A stretch of 62,733 bases of DNA, the filler included, from Choristocarpus tenellus KU-1152 (taxonomy: Eukaryota > Protista > Phaeophyceae), in NCBI GenBank assembly GCA_964200185.2. It is 9 parts of 9 records of this genome, joined end to end, with 100 filler letters (N's around TTAATTAATTAA, not from the genome) between each part and the next. Parts side by side here need not be neighbours in the genome. Positions count along the whole stretch, not along the records: positions 32,750 to 43,553 come from CAXNAD020002705.1; positions 43,654 to 48,321 come from CAXNAD020013539.1; positions 48,422 to 53,501 come from CAXNAD020011941.1; 6 more parts are not named here. One strand, written 5' to 3'. The position numbers and the translations under genes were made by a program. Under the pieces are notes generated by a model that had not been told where the DNA came from, did not search any database, and saw nothing but the letters and a program-made list of their open reading frames with translations. Below, piece after piece: positions 38,306-52,715 of this stretch (its first letter is position 1; each line of letters starts with the position of its first letter).

Positions 38306-41300
38306 TTAGCTCTGCTCCTCTGTTGGCTTCTTCTTCTTCTTCTGCAGAGAGCAAACAACAAACCAGGGATATCATCAAGGGCAAACCAAGCTAAATTAGA
38401 CAGAGGCTCAAATCAAGCTGACACAAGGTTAAGACAGTGTAGCACACAACTACTATTCTACCTGTAAGAAAATGAACATTGAACCTGAAAAGACTCATTC
38501 CAAAGGTGTACCATACAACATGCCTGAGACACAATATAAAATGACCCTATCCTGCAAACACAGACATAATTGAAACAGGGGGATTCTCACCCAGTTGATA
38601 TGACCCGCTTGAATTGTTGTCAAGCATCACAGGTGGGGAATTTACTCTCGTGGGGCTCAAAGGCACACATAAGGATCTCCTTGGCAAAACCACTCTTCAC
38701 CTTTGCCGTACTGATACGTTCATCTAATTGCCATCCATGTTCTACACCCAATATTGCAAGTTACTCTGATAAAATTGTGATGATTATCGCCATCACTCCA
38801 CTGCAATGACATCTTACGTATGACCCATCTGACCATGCAAAGGCACTATACTGCCTGATGCCATTCTAACATGACACTGAAGTGGCACAGAAGGCAACAG
38901 GATCCCTCTGTAACAAGTCACAAAATTAGTTCCACTTATCAAACAGTTAAGACCTCCCCTCCCAACCAAAATTACCACACACTTGGCGAAATGAACAATT
39001 TGACTTCAACGGCAAAGTAATGCCTTCCAAGAGCTCTTGCTTGAGCACATCAATCATCCCAACACCTCGCTGTGCAAAACATGTGGACTACCCCAAAATG
39101 CAGAGCTGTTTTTCCACACAGGCAGAACACCAACACGCACTTTACTAACAAAACAATTTAGCCTCCATCAAGCAAAGAGCACCAGACAACAATCTCCACC
39201 GCAGTTCTGAACAAAAAACTTGGGACAAAAATAACCTCTAAGCACAGATGAGAAAAGAACCGGAATTTGGAACCTCACCTTCTTGTTACCAAATTGTTTC
39301 TTCAAACCCTCTGTGTCTACCTCCATAACAGGCTTCTCCTCCTCTGTAGACACACCAGCTGATACCCCATCTTGCTTTACCTCTTCACCTACCCCAGGTA
39401 TTGCAGTCGCCTCACCCTTTACTTCTTCCCCCCCAGATGGTCCATCCACCTTCTCCCCTCCCTGCTGTACCCCCTCTGCCTCTGCCTTATCCTGTGATTC
39501 TACCGGTGCTGACTCCGGCAATGGAGTCACATCAGTTACAGTGGTTTCAGATTTACTAACCTCCTTGACCTCCTTTGCCCCTGCAGTTGTTTCTCCCCCT
39601 TCCGGTTCCTGCATTGGGATTCATACACAATAAAATCATAATCAAATTGATAGCACTACAACATCCCACTGGCTAAGTCTGACCCAAAAAGACACAAATC
39701 AACATTCTAGCGCTGCAAACATTGCTTTTCACAACACAAAACCAGCAACTAAAGTTATAGACTGCGCCCAAAATACACTTGTCTTACTATGTTGCTGCAA
39801 ATATTGCTTTTCATAGCATGATATCAGCAATCACAGGGAGTTGCTTCCAAAATTAGTATTACATATTCTGACTATTAAGGGAATATGAGCCAAGCCAACT
39901 TGAAGTCTTTTTAAGGAATAGACTATAATTCGTGAGGGCAGAGCAATGCACATCATTAAAATCTCAACTCAGCAGACAGTGAGTAGCGTGCACAAGCACG
40001 AGAAAATAGCCAATCAAATCTAACCCCAACTATTCCTTGACCAATCGTCAAAAGTATAACAATGCACATAGTACGCAAGCACCAAAGGTCATTGTTCAGA
40101 CAATTTTCATTGACCTGTTAAGTGTCAACTGAGACACTTGTAGCCAACAGAGGTACATCCGTAGCCAACACACCCAACAAAAAAAAGAAAGGTGGGACAC
40201 TCAGTCCTAAAGGGTTGAAAAGACTGGATGGGAGTCACATTACAGACAAATAGGCCCAATACCAAAGGGACCTCTTGAGACACCAATCCCTGTACTCTGC
40301 CAAAAATACAGGTTACCTTATGTTGTCTATTGATCTCTGCGACAGAAAAACCAGTCTCCTCCAGGTGCCATGCCATCATGGCTAGAGCTTCAGTAGGTAT
40401 GATGCATCTGACACCCTTTACAAACATTTAAAAAGTTCAATAGCAACAACATGTAATGCCACAAAAGTACACATCCATCGAGAGGCAGATGTGTCACTAC
40501 TAGGTGCAATGACCTATCAACGGTGCAACCCCCCCCCCCCTCACACTTAGATCACATACACTCACATCAGGTCTTAGTGCAGCTGAAATGGCAGCTAGTG
40601 CCGCCGAGCGAGCGTTCCCGCGTCCCCATGGGTTGGTTGGCGGTTGGGCAGTCTCCTTTGGCTTGCCAGCACTGTCCAAGGCAAAAAAGATAGCCCCCCC
40701 GTGGTAAAATGCATGTTAGTAGAATGAATCGAATCAATACGAGAGATGTGCCCTCCTCGATTGGTGAAAATACATAAAAAATAAAAATAAAAAATCATGT
40801 CAAAAAGGAGGCTAGTATTACACAAAGGTACAAGTCAACCTTTTCCACACATTAACAAACCCCGCCGAGTCAGTTCTTAAATGTCTCCCGTACGAGGCAA
40901 TGGCAGAACTTCATGCCAAGAGATATATATTTGGTGCCCCCGATTGGAAGGCATGTACTCTAACTCATTGCCTCTCCTTCCAGCTAAAACAACCAGGCTT
41001 TGTCAAGTAGCTGCAATCAATGTTCAGAGATACACCGTCCCATATTAAAAAATACCTATGTTGAAAAAGTTCGATTATGATTCTTCCAGTTGTACTGAAA
41101 GCAAAGTGTAGAGGCAGGCAATACTACAATCAACTCCACCTTCCCCCATATAAAGCAAACCCCACCATTCTCCAGCATCTTGCTTCAAAACAGTTCACAA
41201 TTTCGGGGGTTGAGCTTCCATGTCTTCAATTGTTTCACTGATGAAACAACGAGTGGCATAGACTGCACGTCAGGTTATGTCTTCAGGGCAATGAAGGGTA

Positions 41301-42909
41301 AATGTAACCATTTTCTATTATGGTACAGTCAGTGCATCTCTGCGAGATGAATACAAGTGTACCACACCTGCTCATTGCATCAGCCAATGATGGAAAGGCG
41401 GTGGCATTATCAACAGACAGCTCTGATTCACGCTGCTTCATCTTTTGTAGTCTCATGTTCTCCCTCCAGCCCAGTCCGGTCACTCCTCCAACACCACCCC
41501 CAAATATGTTTTTAAGTTTGGTACCGGTTTCATCCTTCTTGCCGTCCTTCTTCTCTTCCACCACGGAAGGCTCCTCAGCCACAACAGGTTTCACAGTTCG
41601 TGCACCATGGAAGGCTTGCCTTTTGATGAACAGAACAAGTGTCGGGATTGGATCGAATTGACGCATGACTCACACCACGCACCTAGCAGTAGCAAGCCTT
41701 GTGTCTTTCACCAGTAGTAACACAAGGAGGCGTTATGAAAGGTTGAACACCACTTAGTCCAAATTTCAAGCTAGAACTGTTCATTCATTCGTGTGTACTT
41801 CTCAGACTCAATAAAAACTACTAAAATCATTTCACGAAAAGGGTCATATCTAAAGGTGGTAAGCATCACCACCCCTTGCGGGATAGTCAGCTGTACTCAC
41901 TTGATATCCTCCTTTTCAAGCTTCCGCGCAATTGTTTCATCAGCTGTCATAAGCTCTGACATGTCACTGGTAAGGGGGGCCCAGGAAAAACAAAAAGCCA
42001 TTAAAGAGAAAGCAGAAAGGTGTCAATAAAGAAGCGCTTTGTCCTTTGGAGCTCAACGTGAGGGTTAGATGCAGGAGAATTCAATCAACCGCACAAGTTG
42101 CCAGTGTCAAATTCTTAACAAGATGCCACTCAAAGCGCATACTTGACACGGGACTCATCACCAAGCCACAACTTGTTGCAGTCTTGGCGTTAGAAATCAT
42201 TGGCATCTCATCTTTTTTTAATTTGGCACAAATTGATCACAGATACGGAACGAGATACACCCAGTTTTTGCTCCCCCTTTGTGTGACATTTCCACTAGAC
42301 AACATAGCCTCTCCAACGATGAATGCCAATGAGTAAACTGGAATTTAAAGACCCAAATTGCAAGTGTATTTGTACTACATGATTCCCAGAGATTTACTGA
42401 GGCTTGTCGAAATAATGGAAAGCAGGCACACGCCTCGCGTAGAATGGTTGCTGGAATAGTGACGATGGGATGAGGACTGCAATGTGTACTGCGGGAAGGC
42501 TGCCTGTATCTCACATCAGCTCTGTGACCTGCTTGCCACCTGTGGCCACTACCCTCTTCTTCTCCACCATATCTGCCCATCCGTCATCTTCTGCTGCCTC
42601 CACTCCATCCAGTATATCATTGTGGACGGTGGTCTTGGCTACCTCCCTTTTCGTGTGGTTGCAGCGACAAGAGGTGCATATGGGGGTGATGATGAGATCA
42701 GGCGATTAGTACTGATGCTAGAGGTACAACAACACACAGTCGAATTTCATGAGTGATGTTAGACGTCATTTTTCAGCGACTTGTACTTTTCTTAGTACTT
42801 ACTCTGCCTTCGGGATGCCCGAGTCAAGGTTCAGGTTGTATCCCTTGACTCCCTTCTTGCCCTTTTTTCCCTTCTTCTTGAAGACATCCCCCACTCCGGA
42901 TGACGCCAT
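38306..42909 (-). CDS. Complete 7-exon gene, ~342 aa charged low-complexity protein, CDV3-like
   Basis: GT-AG exons 42909-42803, 42646-42515, 41966-41901, 41619-41368, 40671-40566, 39608-39279 and 38341-38306 total 1029 nt, in frame from ATG to TAA. N-terminal DVFKKKGKKGKK and internal SVDNATAFPSL recall CDV3-family motifs. The gene model is firmer than the family call. Confidence 0.75.
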
Positions 42910-43653
42910 GGGGCACAATGCACTATTCGCAGCAGGGCTGCACTCTGGGTACCTCAGTTCCTTTGAATGAGGAATGTAGAGGAGGTTGAGGTACACCCCC
43001 TACAACTTTTTTGGTACCCTCTTCTCTCACCTAAGTCCCCCTCATTATTTAAAAGTTAAATGTGATTGGCGAGCAGGCGCGCGCACACAAACCTCAATAT
43101 CAATACAGAAATATGGAACTTAGTGAGAAGTAATCTTTCACCAAATACGTATGTTTTTGTAAATACTTCCGTAGTAAATCTCTCTTCTCGTACTAATATA
43201 CATAATAACTATGTACTATTTATTTAATTGATGGATGGATTCCTTATCGCATATCTTGGTTTGATCAGTACATCATTCCCTATCAGATCAACATTTGACA
43301 TTACATTTCAAAAGTGTTGTACAGTACCTACACCTATTTTATACTAAATATTATGTACCAAACTCATTTTGTACCGCTTTTTTCGACATACTAAAAAAAT
43401 AGACTTTTGTACCGGAATTCTCGTATTCGGACGATTTGGTACAAAATCGGGGAGATATCCACCCGAGTTTGGCGCGCGCGTAATAATTTCTCGCGAAAAG
43501 TGCCTTCTTCCTGAGTCATGCTACCATACAGCAGTACAGTACGTTGCTGGTAGNNNNNNNNNNNNNNNNNNNNNNNNNNNNNNNNNNNNNNNNNNNNTTA
43601 ATTAATTAANNNNNNNNNNNNNNNNNNNNNNNNNNNNNNNNNNNNNNNNNNNN

Positions 43654-43684
<31 letters not shown>

Positions 43685-44182
43685 GGGGGGGGGGGGGGGG
43701 AGGGGGGGGGAGGAGGTGGGGGGGGGAGAGGAGGAAATGATACTAGCATTAGCGATGGGTTTGGGGTAAAGGCAAGTGTAGGTGCAGCCATTGGAGGGGA
43801 AGGGGGGCGCTCCCAGCTCTCCAAGGATTGTGAGCGCCACGAGCTATGTGGAAAACTGGTGTTCAATCTCTTCTCCCTTAAGCAATTGCGGGAAAGGCTG
43901 AGCAAGAAGCCAATAGCAGGGGTGCTGGTTAAACTGCTGTGTGGACCTCCGCAAAGAAGAGTTGATCCTTCCCTGCAGGTGCGCGACACAGGGACAGACT
44001 AGATGGATAGATCAGTCCGTGTATTTTGGGGTCTTCATAAGAGCAGTGCGGTCTATCCCTGTCTTCCCTTTGCCCTTTTCTCCTTCAAAGTTCAAATGGA
44101 GCGGTCTAATGCCTTCATATGTCGTAGTAATGCTAATTTCAAGTTCATACTCCTATTCACAGGTCACATATGATAACTGCAA

Positions 44183-44439
44183 GAGTGAAAGTATCTTAGA
44201 GGGTACGATTTTTGCCCCGTTTGTCTGTTTGGGCTTGGCTTCCCACATTTTTTTTAATATTTCACCTACTCCGAAATTTTTGGGAGAAGGTAAAATGTGT
44301 ACGTAATGAAAAAGGTGTGTCCGGAACAAGGATGCTGACACTTCCTAACAAACATGATAGCCAAAATTATATCAAAATCGCAACATTGGATTTTGGTCCC
44401 CAAACGGACATGACTCTCCCCTCGAAGATACTTTGACTC
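44183..44439. mobile_element. MITE family A, full length
   Basis: GAGTGAAAGTATCTTAGAGGG...CCCTCGAAGATACTTTGACTC; no clean TSD. Confidence 0.9.
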
Positions 44440-45766
44440 TGAACCTCACACCAATCCCTGGTATTTCCACCTTTTGACACTACTTTTTTTCACTATCTCC
44501 CAATGACATGACCCACAGTGTCAGCGGAGTCTGCGGGGTACTGACAACCAGTGGAAAGAGAGAGTGGTGAAGGAGGACTCACATTCGGTGGTATGGTCAG
44601 GGCCAGGTGGTGGGGAAGACACAGGAATTGGCGAGGGTGGGGAGGGACCGTCCCCAGAGGGACACCAGGGAGATCCCCCTACGCTGTATGGGGGAAACAA
44701 TAAGATCGCCTTGATAGTCAGCAGGTGAGGCGTTGCTGCTTCTGCTTCAAACTATAGAGAACATTGAGCACATACCATTGGAACGGCACAATGTAGGCAT
44801 TGTGAACTTAAATCATTGTGTGCTAAACCCACACTACCCAAAACGTGTGCCTCACTATCAAGGATGTTTTTATTGGATAGGTTTTTGTTCTCACCACTGC
44901 ATTGGCTATAGATGCCTTCCATGTTGGGGTTGTCCCTACAACAATTGACTTGCACACTAAACAAGGGAGGGAGTCATTCTCATATCGCCCTTTAGATGGC
45001 AAGTGCTGCAATCTGTTTATTAAAAACGTAGATAGTGGGCATGCTTACCAACTCCATGCTAGCAAGGAGTGCAAGTCTCATCAACCACCATAGTCCAAGG
45101 TTGGAAGATGAATATATCCAAGCGATGGTGTGTCCCATTGTTTTTCTTCCAGTACAAGACTGGCATACATCGTCCATGTATAATGCTGAGTAAAGTTGCA
45201 ATGATGGGTGCAATGGATACTGCATAGCCATATCTCTATTACATAGCACTTGAATTGGCACCTTTGTTGTTTCAACGCCAACAGACTGTTCTAGAACTAG
45301 AAAGAGACTATTGAACTTGTGTAGGTAAGGTGTGCATCAGTTGGTTTTTTTAATCCCGGATCACAAAACGATTAAAATATTCGATCTTTCAGTCCACCAT
45401 TATCATGAGGTGTACAAAATCCTACCCTATGAGAAAGATCTTTGGAGATCCACCGGACATTGAACTCTTTGTCCAAGTCCCACTCACAACAACATCTCAT
45501 CCCTTGCTCAACATTGCCTCATCCTTTTTTCTATCCTCCTATTTCTCGTGCTTTCATGGACGTTCTATTCCTCTCTCCTCTCCTCCAACTCCAAGGCTCA
45601 CTTCACCCATTCCCACATTTCCTTCCTCCTATACCTTCTCAACCACCCTCGGCCAATCCTCGGTCAATCTCCCCCTCATATCCTCCCTTACTTCCCTTCA
45701 TAACCCCTACTCAACTGGGCACAACAAGGTTTGTTTGCAATCTGTTGATTCTTTATTCGGTGGAAG

Positions 45767-47462
45767 GCGGTTTCGAGCTCCCACAGCGAACATTTGAGGC
45801 TCTGGTAAAGATGGCACACTACTTCAACTTTAATCCACATGAGGCAGCGACAGCAGTTGCCGAGCCAAGGGAGTCAGGTGCAACTCTGATGGGGAGGGTG
45901 CAGGGGACCGTACTGACAGGCAATACTGTAAACATCCCCATGGAGGCAGTAGAGGGAGGTGTTGGATCTGGCCCAGAGGGCGTCTCAGACAATTTGGTAG
46001 TCGATAGTGTTGTGCCAGAAGAGGGATCGGTAGTGGAAGGTGGTCATGCACAGACAACTGGATGCAGATGTAACCAGCAGCAGTCCAGCTCACTCAGTCA
46101 GAAGTCTTCTGGGCAAAGGGGAGAGAGCCCCATCCAGATAGGAGGTAGACAAAGGAGTATAGAAGAGACCCTGCTCCCCGTGCCTTCTATGAGGGATCTT
46201 GCAGCCAATGCTCTCCATCCTAATTTGAGTAATGATGCAGTAGAAGGGGGGGTGGCAACAACTGTAGCAAAGATGGCATCAAGTGTGGTGGCTGAGGTGG
46301 CTGCAGCAGCACTTGAGGTGACAACACCAGTTGAGTTGGCACACATATCAAAGGGAGAGGACATGGCAGGGATACTAGGGACTGGAGAGCGTCAGCAATG
46401 TAAGGCAACCAAGGTGGTCGACAGGATGAGAACCCCTCTAGACCCTGCTGATGAACTCACTCTACTCTGCATCCAAGCCATGTCAGCACTATGCCAGCCA
46501 GGCCATTCCACCCTGTGGCCACAGATGATTGAGGCTGGAATGCTTGGGGCATTGTTCAGGTGGGGATAGCATATGTGGCGTTTATGGAGGAGGGGGATTA
46601 GGGGTGATTGAGGCAGGTAAGGGTCATGACATGTGTTTACTTATAACAAGAACATTGATGCACATCACTCGACAGTTAGAGAAGTATGTATCAACCCTTC
46701 CATTTCAAACTGCATTCCTCACCAGACTGAAATTCAGTATACACACAAACTGAGAATCGTGCCCAAACCTTGCCTGACAGTCTTGATCAACCTTCAACCA
46801 GCAAAGCTTTGACTCCCACTCATAGCAGTTGATAGTGTTCTGTTGCAAGTTGATGCCAAGACACAGAGGACAGCATCATGCTGCTATTTCGTTTACTGTT
46901 GATATACGTGAATGATTGGTGACTTGAACAGTACAATCCGCTTTGGCCTTTTGAGTAGCCACATAAGGGCTGGATGTAGGAAGTACACCAAAGGAAATGT
47001 GTCCTTGTAAAGAAGTATCCTGCAACATGCCAACAGGCAAGTAGTACATCCTCGCGCGACCCTTCACAGCCGGCCTCCACACTGCTCTCTTATTTGTTCC
47101 CCCTCTTGTCCAACATGGCTTTACTGCTTCCTCTCCCCTGCCTCAACATTCTCTACTTTTTATCTTGGCGATACAACACCTGCTTTAGGTGCCTCTCTGT
47201 TCCAGTGGTGTCTCGAAATCCTGAAACTGTGGCAATGTGCTCAAGAGTCCTTCGCAACCTCTCGACAGCTGTGTCCTCGGGTTCAGCAATTAAAGAGGGA
47301 GGGGCAGGGGGAGTAGGAGTTATGACACCTGGACGCACAGCAGCAGCCATGGGATCGATTAAGCAGCTACTGCAACTCCAACCAAATGATGCCAGTGTAC
47401 GGAAAAACTGTAGTGCAGCCCTCGTCAACTTCATTAATGCAGCATACCTAGAAGACCTGCAG
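45767..47462 (+). CDS. Internal exons of a probable armadillo-repeat-like protein
   Basis: Exons ~45767-46559 and 47189-47462 join in phase. Helical ARM-like segments LCIQAMSALCQ...MIEAGMLGALF, MCSRVLRNLS and VRKNCSAALVNF. Confidence 0.65.
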
Positions 47463-50400
47463 GTAGGCATGTGGGGGGAAGGAGGCAGAGATAATGACTG
47501 TGCTGTGGCAATAGTAGATATCTAATCCCCACCACTATCTCCACCTCGATCTTGACTGATGTAGAATAGTATAATAGTGGAATGAGGTGGAAACCAAGTG
47601 GGTGCCGTTGTCATCTATGTCTTCTGTACCATGGTCAAACAGCCAGGTTGAAGATAGAGTACAATGAAGGGCTGAAAATCAAGGGAGGGGATTTTTTGGT
47701 GGGTAGGGTTGGTTGCATGAGCCTAGGGTTTGGGTGGGCTAGAGCAGGTTCGGGTCAGGTTGGTGGATTGTGTGTGCAGGTGTATTGCCAAAGAGTGAAT
47801 GAAAATTTGTGTCAAGTTATGTTGATTAAGCAAGTTAAGTGGGTTTGTACTGCTATGCAAACAACAATCAAGAGAACTACATAGTGTGAAGTCCTTTAGA
47901 GTACATGGATATAGACCTCATATTGGAATGGTATCATTCTTCCTTAGAAGCTATATGTTATCCCTTGCCCCAATGATCCAAAAATAATGTAGATGTTGGG
48001 GGTTGAGGTCAACAAAGTAAACCTCAACAACACAAACTTCCCACTCAATATGTTCTCCCCTTCCCTTGTCCATGCTCCGTTCACCTTCCACGTCGATTTC
48101 AATTCCTGGGTCAAATCCCTGACCAATGGATGCTGCAAAACCTCACAACAAACTGTGTGGATGGTCATGTGGACAACCCGTGTTCTCATGGATTTGATTG
48201 CATGCATTGCTATCACTGTCTGATGAATAATGTGAATGGGGGGGGGGGGGGGGGGGGGGTTTTTTTTGGGGTTTGTTGGGCGTGTGTTGTGGCCACCTTT
48301 TTTATTTGACGAGGTGGAGGGNNNNNNNNNNNNNNNNNNNNNNNNNNNNNNNNNNNNNNNNNNNNTTAATTAATTAANNNNNNNNNNNNNNNNNNNNNNN
48401 NNNNNNNNNNNNNNNNNNNNNGGGGGGGAGGAGAGGGGTACAAGGATTGTGTTGGGGTTGAGGACAAAGAAGAGGCGACCTATGTCAGGATACCTGGTTT
48501 TGCATTGCAGGTACGAGAGCATTTCGTGCCAAGAGCTTGAACAGTGAACACAATGCATGATGCCTTCAAAATGTCTTACTTCTGCTCTTGTGCCAAGTAT
48601 ATTATTAAAAAATATGATCATAGGCAGCAAATGGAAAGACATCCAGGAGAGGGCGAACAGGGAGGAGGTTGGTGTGAAGAAGTTGTTGCAATCATTTAGC
48701 CCCCAACCGTAGTCCCACAAATACATCTGTCTTGGGAGAGGCGGAGCAACAGGTACAACGATTGAGTATCGTCATAACCACACAGAAGTCCTCCAAGAAA
48801 TACCAACCATATGACACCAGCGATTGGACCCCACTGGGGAAACTATCTCTCTGAATTTGTTTGCAATGGAAATAACTGAACTTGATAAAAAAAACTCAGT
48901 CATCCCATCTCACTATCAAGAACTCTTGGTTCGATAAAGGAAGGTACAGTCAATGAACCTACCCGGCTCTGCCAGTAGCCTCTGTGTTTCCTTGACAATT
49001 CGTCGGGGGAGGTTGCTAGCCGCCATCACGAGTACGATCAAACGCCCTAGCAGAGACCCTTCCCCCTTCTAGGTAGATATGCTTCACCACTACAGATTTG
49101 ATCGGTCTTTGATCTCCGTTTCCCTAGAAGAATAGGTTAGCGAAGTGGGCAGAGGGTGAAGGGACGCTTCCCGTACGACAGCGGCGAAGTCCAAGAAAGG
49201 ATACATATTTGACCCTGTATGGGCGAAGTCACTGGGAATCTGGTAAACATATAACCATAAAAAGTATAGTTCATTCGTTTTCCAGGTCAAGATGAAGTAC
49301 CACTTGCCGATCCCCAGCTCAAAGTGAGTCTTTACTACTCTTGTCCATATTCGAGTTTTGTCTCGCGAGAAGTAAGACGAATAAGAGACGCAGTCTCTTT
49401 ACATCTGACATCAGTTAGCCTTACTTACGATGGTAAATAAAGGGTCCTGCGAACGTTGAGCTATTTCCCCTCCCCAACTCCTTGATCAGTTGTTACTGAG
49501 AGTTACCACTCTACAAATTTTGTGTTATGTGTCTTAGTATTCTCTTGTCAAGTACAAATATAGAGAGGCGTTATCCCCAATATCATTCCTTACCATATTA
49601 TTATATTCTTGTGTTTGGAGAAGAGTAAAGATAGAATATTTATTATATTATTATGACCTTTGACATATTCCAGATGTGTCGTGGGTAAAACCAATCAAAA
49701 GGCAATAAATTCAACATCAGAAACCTTGTAACAACAATTGTAAATGTGGAAGATATCTCTCCAAAATCTTTTCACTATTTGACTACCAGCTAAGCTACAC
49801 CACTCCCCTCCTATGCTTCCAACCTAACTTAGCCCTACACCACAGAGCGAGGAGCTAGGGAAGCATCCCACGAATCTGACCGGCCCCTCCTTGCCTATCT
49901 CCCTGGTGACTCCAGCTTATAATGCACGGCAGGTCTTCATAGAGCCACTACTTTGTGACAGACACCATCGGTCGTAAACCGGATTTGACAGCTCCTTTCC
50001 TCCTGCAGCCTCCCGTCCATCTCCTCTCTACCGTGTGTGTATGTAGCCAACTCATCTAGAAAATTCTCTGCTTCTTCTGCTTGCTTACTGAGGCGCCCAA
50101 AACTTTCCACTGGGAAGGTGTTGAGGTTAAAACTACGTGGGTCAAAAGAACCCTCGTAGTGGGTGCGCTTTCACACCTTCTAAGCTGCAGCAGCAGCTAC
50201 ACCATTGCTGGTGGATATGTGTGGTAGGTGGAATGCTCCTTGCACCTCTGTAAACGTAATATCTATGAGGTCATTATTAACCCTCAAGGCCTTTGTCCCA
50301 GCAGGAAGCTGATCCGTCGTCCACAAGTGCCTCAGCATGTAAGATCAGATCTATGCGGAAATTTCGATCCACTGTAAATGGGTTGCCGTCCTCCATAGTG

Positions 50401-50473
50401 CAAGAGATGCCCATTCCTTTGTAGAGTTGATCTACGGGCAGTGAGTCTAAACTCTATGGGAGGTATCTGGTGT

Positions 50474-50636
50474 AAACAGCCGATTTCAAAAATTGAGGTT
50501 GGAGCTTTTCATTGAGGATGGGCTTGACCCAAAATTGACTGGGATAAAGTGTCGATATGTTTTTTTTTTTATTGATTTTGGGTCAAGCCCATCCTCAATG
50601 AAAAACTCCATCCTCAATTTTTGAAATCGGCTGTTT
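50474..50636. mobile_element. Foldback/MITE-like element with ~62-bp inverted arms
   Basis: AAACAGCCGATTTCAAAAATTGAGG...GGGCTTGACCCAAAAT (50474-50535) is near-perfectly mirrored at ~50575-50636 around a ~40-bp spacer. Confidence 0.85.
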
Positions 50637-51626
50637 GTACTAGTTGTAGTGGTTGTGTGGAGGCCCATGCATTTGCCACACTGGCTCTGGTGATGGGACA
50701 GAGGTAGCAAATACGTTATATTATAAAAGCACCACGTTGCCTGCATTGTACAAATCTATGACATCTATTTCCTTGTCGACGATATTGTCTACCCACCATA
50801 CATATATGTAAGTTGATGATCACTATATAAATGTAACTGTAACATTACAACAATACTCCAATTGTTAAGTAAAAAAAGGAAGGGGTTGATGTTGGAATAA
50901 ATTGAAGGGTCAATCTGTCGAAACTTCGACCTTCAAACTACTCAATACAAATGCATCAATATTATATACTACAACAGTAGTAGTTGCAATATTATATATT
51001 CTACAGTACATCCACCCCTTCAAGTCTACGTATAACTAAATTTTTTCCAATGTTCTCGTAAATACAAAAATAATTGCTTATATGTATGTGTGTGTATGTA
51101 GGGTGTCATAGGAAAAATAATACGAATATAATAATATTATTTTGGGTGAGATAAAACGCGTATGGAAAAATTGCAACTTGTACTACAATTTAGTACTACT
51201 ACCAACAACTACTCAAACAAATGTTTGTTAGTGTGACGCATAAAAAACGATCTGGTCCTTGTTGGGTACGTTCTTGAGGTTCTCCACCAGAAAATTTGAA
51301 AAATAATTTTTCTTTGTTCTTCGTCTACATTTGAGTTGCTATGAGGCGACAGTTGGGGGTGGAACCTTCAAGAAGTAAAGAGAGGCTATGGTTTGACCTA
51401 GGAACCTACAAGGAACTTGTGGTGAACATCCATTGTGCTCAAATTGCCGTGTAAGGTTAAAGTTATCTCTCTTTATGATATTCGACTTGATGACATTGAC
51501 ATTGGTTGAAGAAGCACCTGCAGCTGCGTGGAGCTAAATTGAAACTGCGGGAAGTTTGTAAGGCTGGTGCTCCTTCAAGCTAAATGGACCACACTCTCCT
51601 ACGCTAACTGCGGGGCGGTTCAGTTC

Positions 51627-52715
51627 ATGGCTGTTTCGGGTGGAAGTTTACCTGCGTCCTTATCATTGTATCAACAATCGCCGTGGCCAACAGGTTTAAG
51701 GATGGGCGAACCCACGCAAACAGAGACACAAAGGTCGGATGGGATTCGATTGGCTGCGGGCATGGCAATGGGAGAGGGTACAGAAGCCCGCTTAGTGCAA
51801 GAGGTCACAAGGAGCCACACTAGCGATGAGGAACTACAGTCTGACATCAGAAACCTGCGTGCCTTCTCCACCTCACGAACTCTCTCTACACTGCCGTTGG
51901 TGACTTTTGCGGTTGTGGGCTCTCAAGTGGACAGTATGATTCGTCAGCGTGCATTCTCTGCCCCTGCTGGATCTTTTGAACTCCAGGGAAACAAGAAGGT
52001 TGGAGAGATGGGGACGAGGGGAGCAAGTACGCGATATATCGAGAGTCGAAAGTCGACCAAGTCCGAATTAACGGAAATGGACCGGAGTGGCGAGGATAGC
52101 GAAAGAACTGGAGAGTCAAGAGGGAAGCATGTAACATTGGAGCACTCTCAACCTCTGGTTTCTGCTCAGCATGTGAGAAACAATGATACTTATGATGGAG
52201 CTTCCAGCTATTTTTCGGTTAACAGATCGAAGTAGACAACCTTCCCTTATAAAGAACTTGCTGTACGGCTATGAAAGCACGCAGCAGTACCTTCCCTGAC
52301 CTTTGACTTGAGCCTATTCTCTACTCACTATCATCTACTCTTGGAAATATGAGTGTGACGCCATGAAGATCAATCTGCCCTCTTTCCTTACAACCAAAGA
52401 ATGACGCACCTCCCCGTCACATGTTGACATTTTACCAGCCTCACGCGCATACATGCGCACTCCTCCCCACTACCTCAGCTGCGGAGGAAATCATTGACTG
52501 CTGCTCCAGCCAACCTTGGAACTGCTGGGCGTAACCGCCGACAGACAATTGTTGGGCCCATCGCCTCGGAGGTGACGGCCGCCGTCGCCGCATCTCGTGT
52601 CAACGGAACTGGGGCGGGGATGAGGGTAGGCATCGTAGGGGGAGGCAACAGTGGTGGCAGTGCAGAGGGTCATGGGACTACTAGCCCCCGAAGAGATTTC
52701 GCCACAACGGCACAG
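51627..52715 (+). CDS. 5' exons of an unknown protein (low-complexity N-terminus)
   Basis: A long open frame at 51567-52235 with a phase-0 donor at 52217, and a second exon 52479-52715 bounded by CAG and GT in the same phase. No domain recognised. Confidence 0.55.

Noticed and set aside
43598-43989. Poly-proline ORFs
   Set aside because: Poly-G run at a contig edge reading into Ns; probably a low-quality homopolymer.
44700-45300. LYMDD motif suggesting reverse transcriptase
   Set aside because: Isolated motif with no supporting RT blocks; perhaps a decayed transposon but unclassifiable.
48800-50460. Further Ngaro-like remnant
   Set aside because: Only a short end-like motif and vague peptide similarity; too degenerate to call as a feature.
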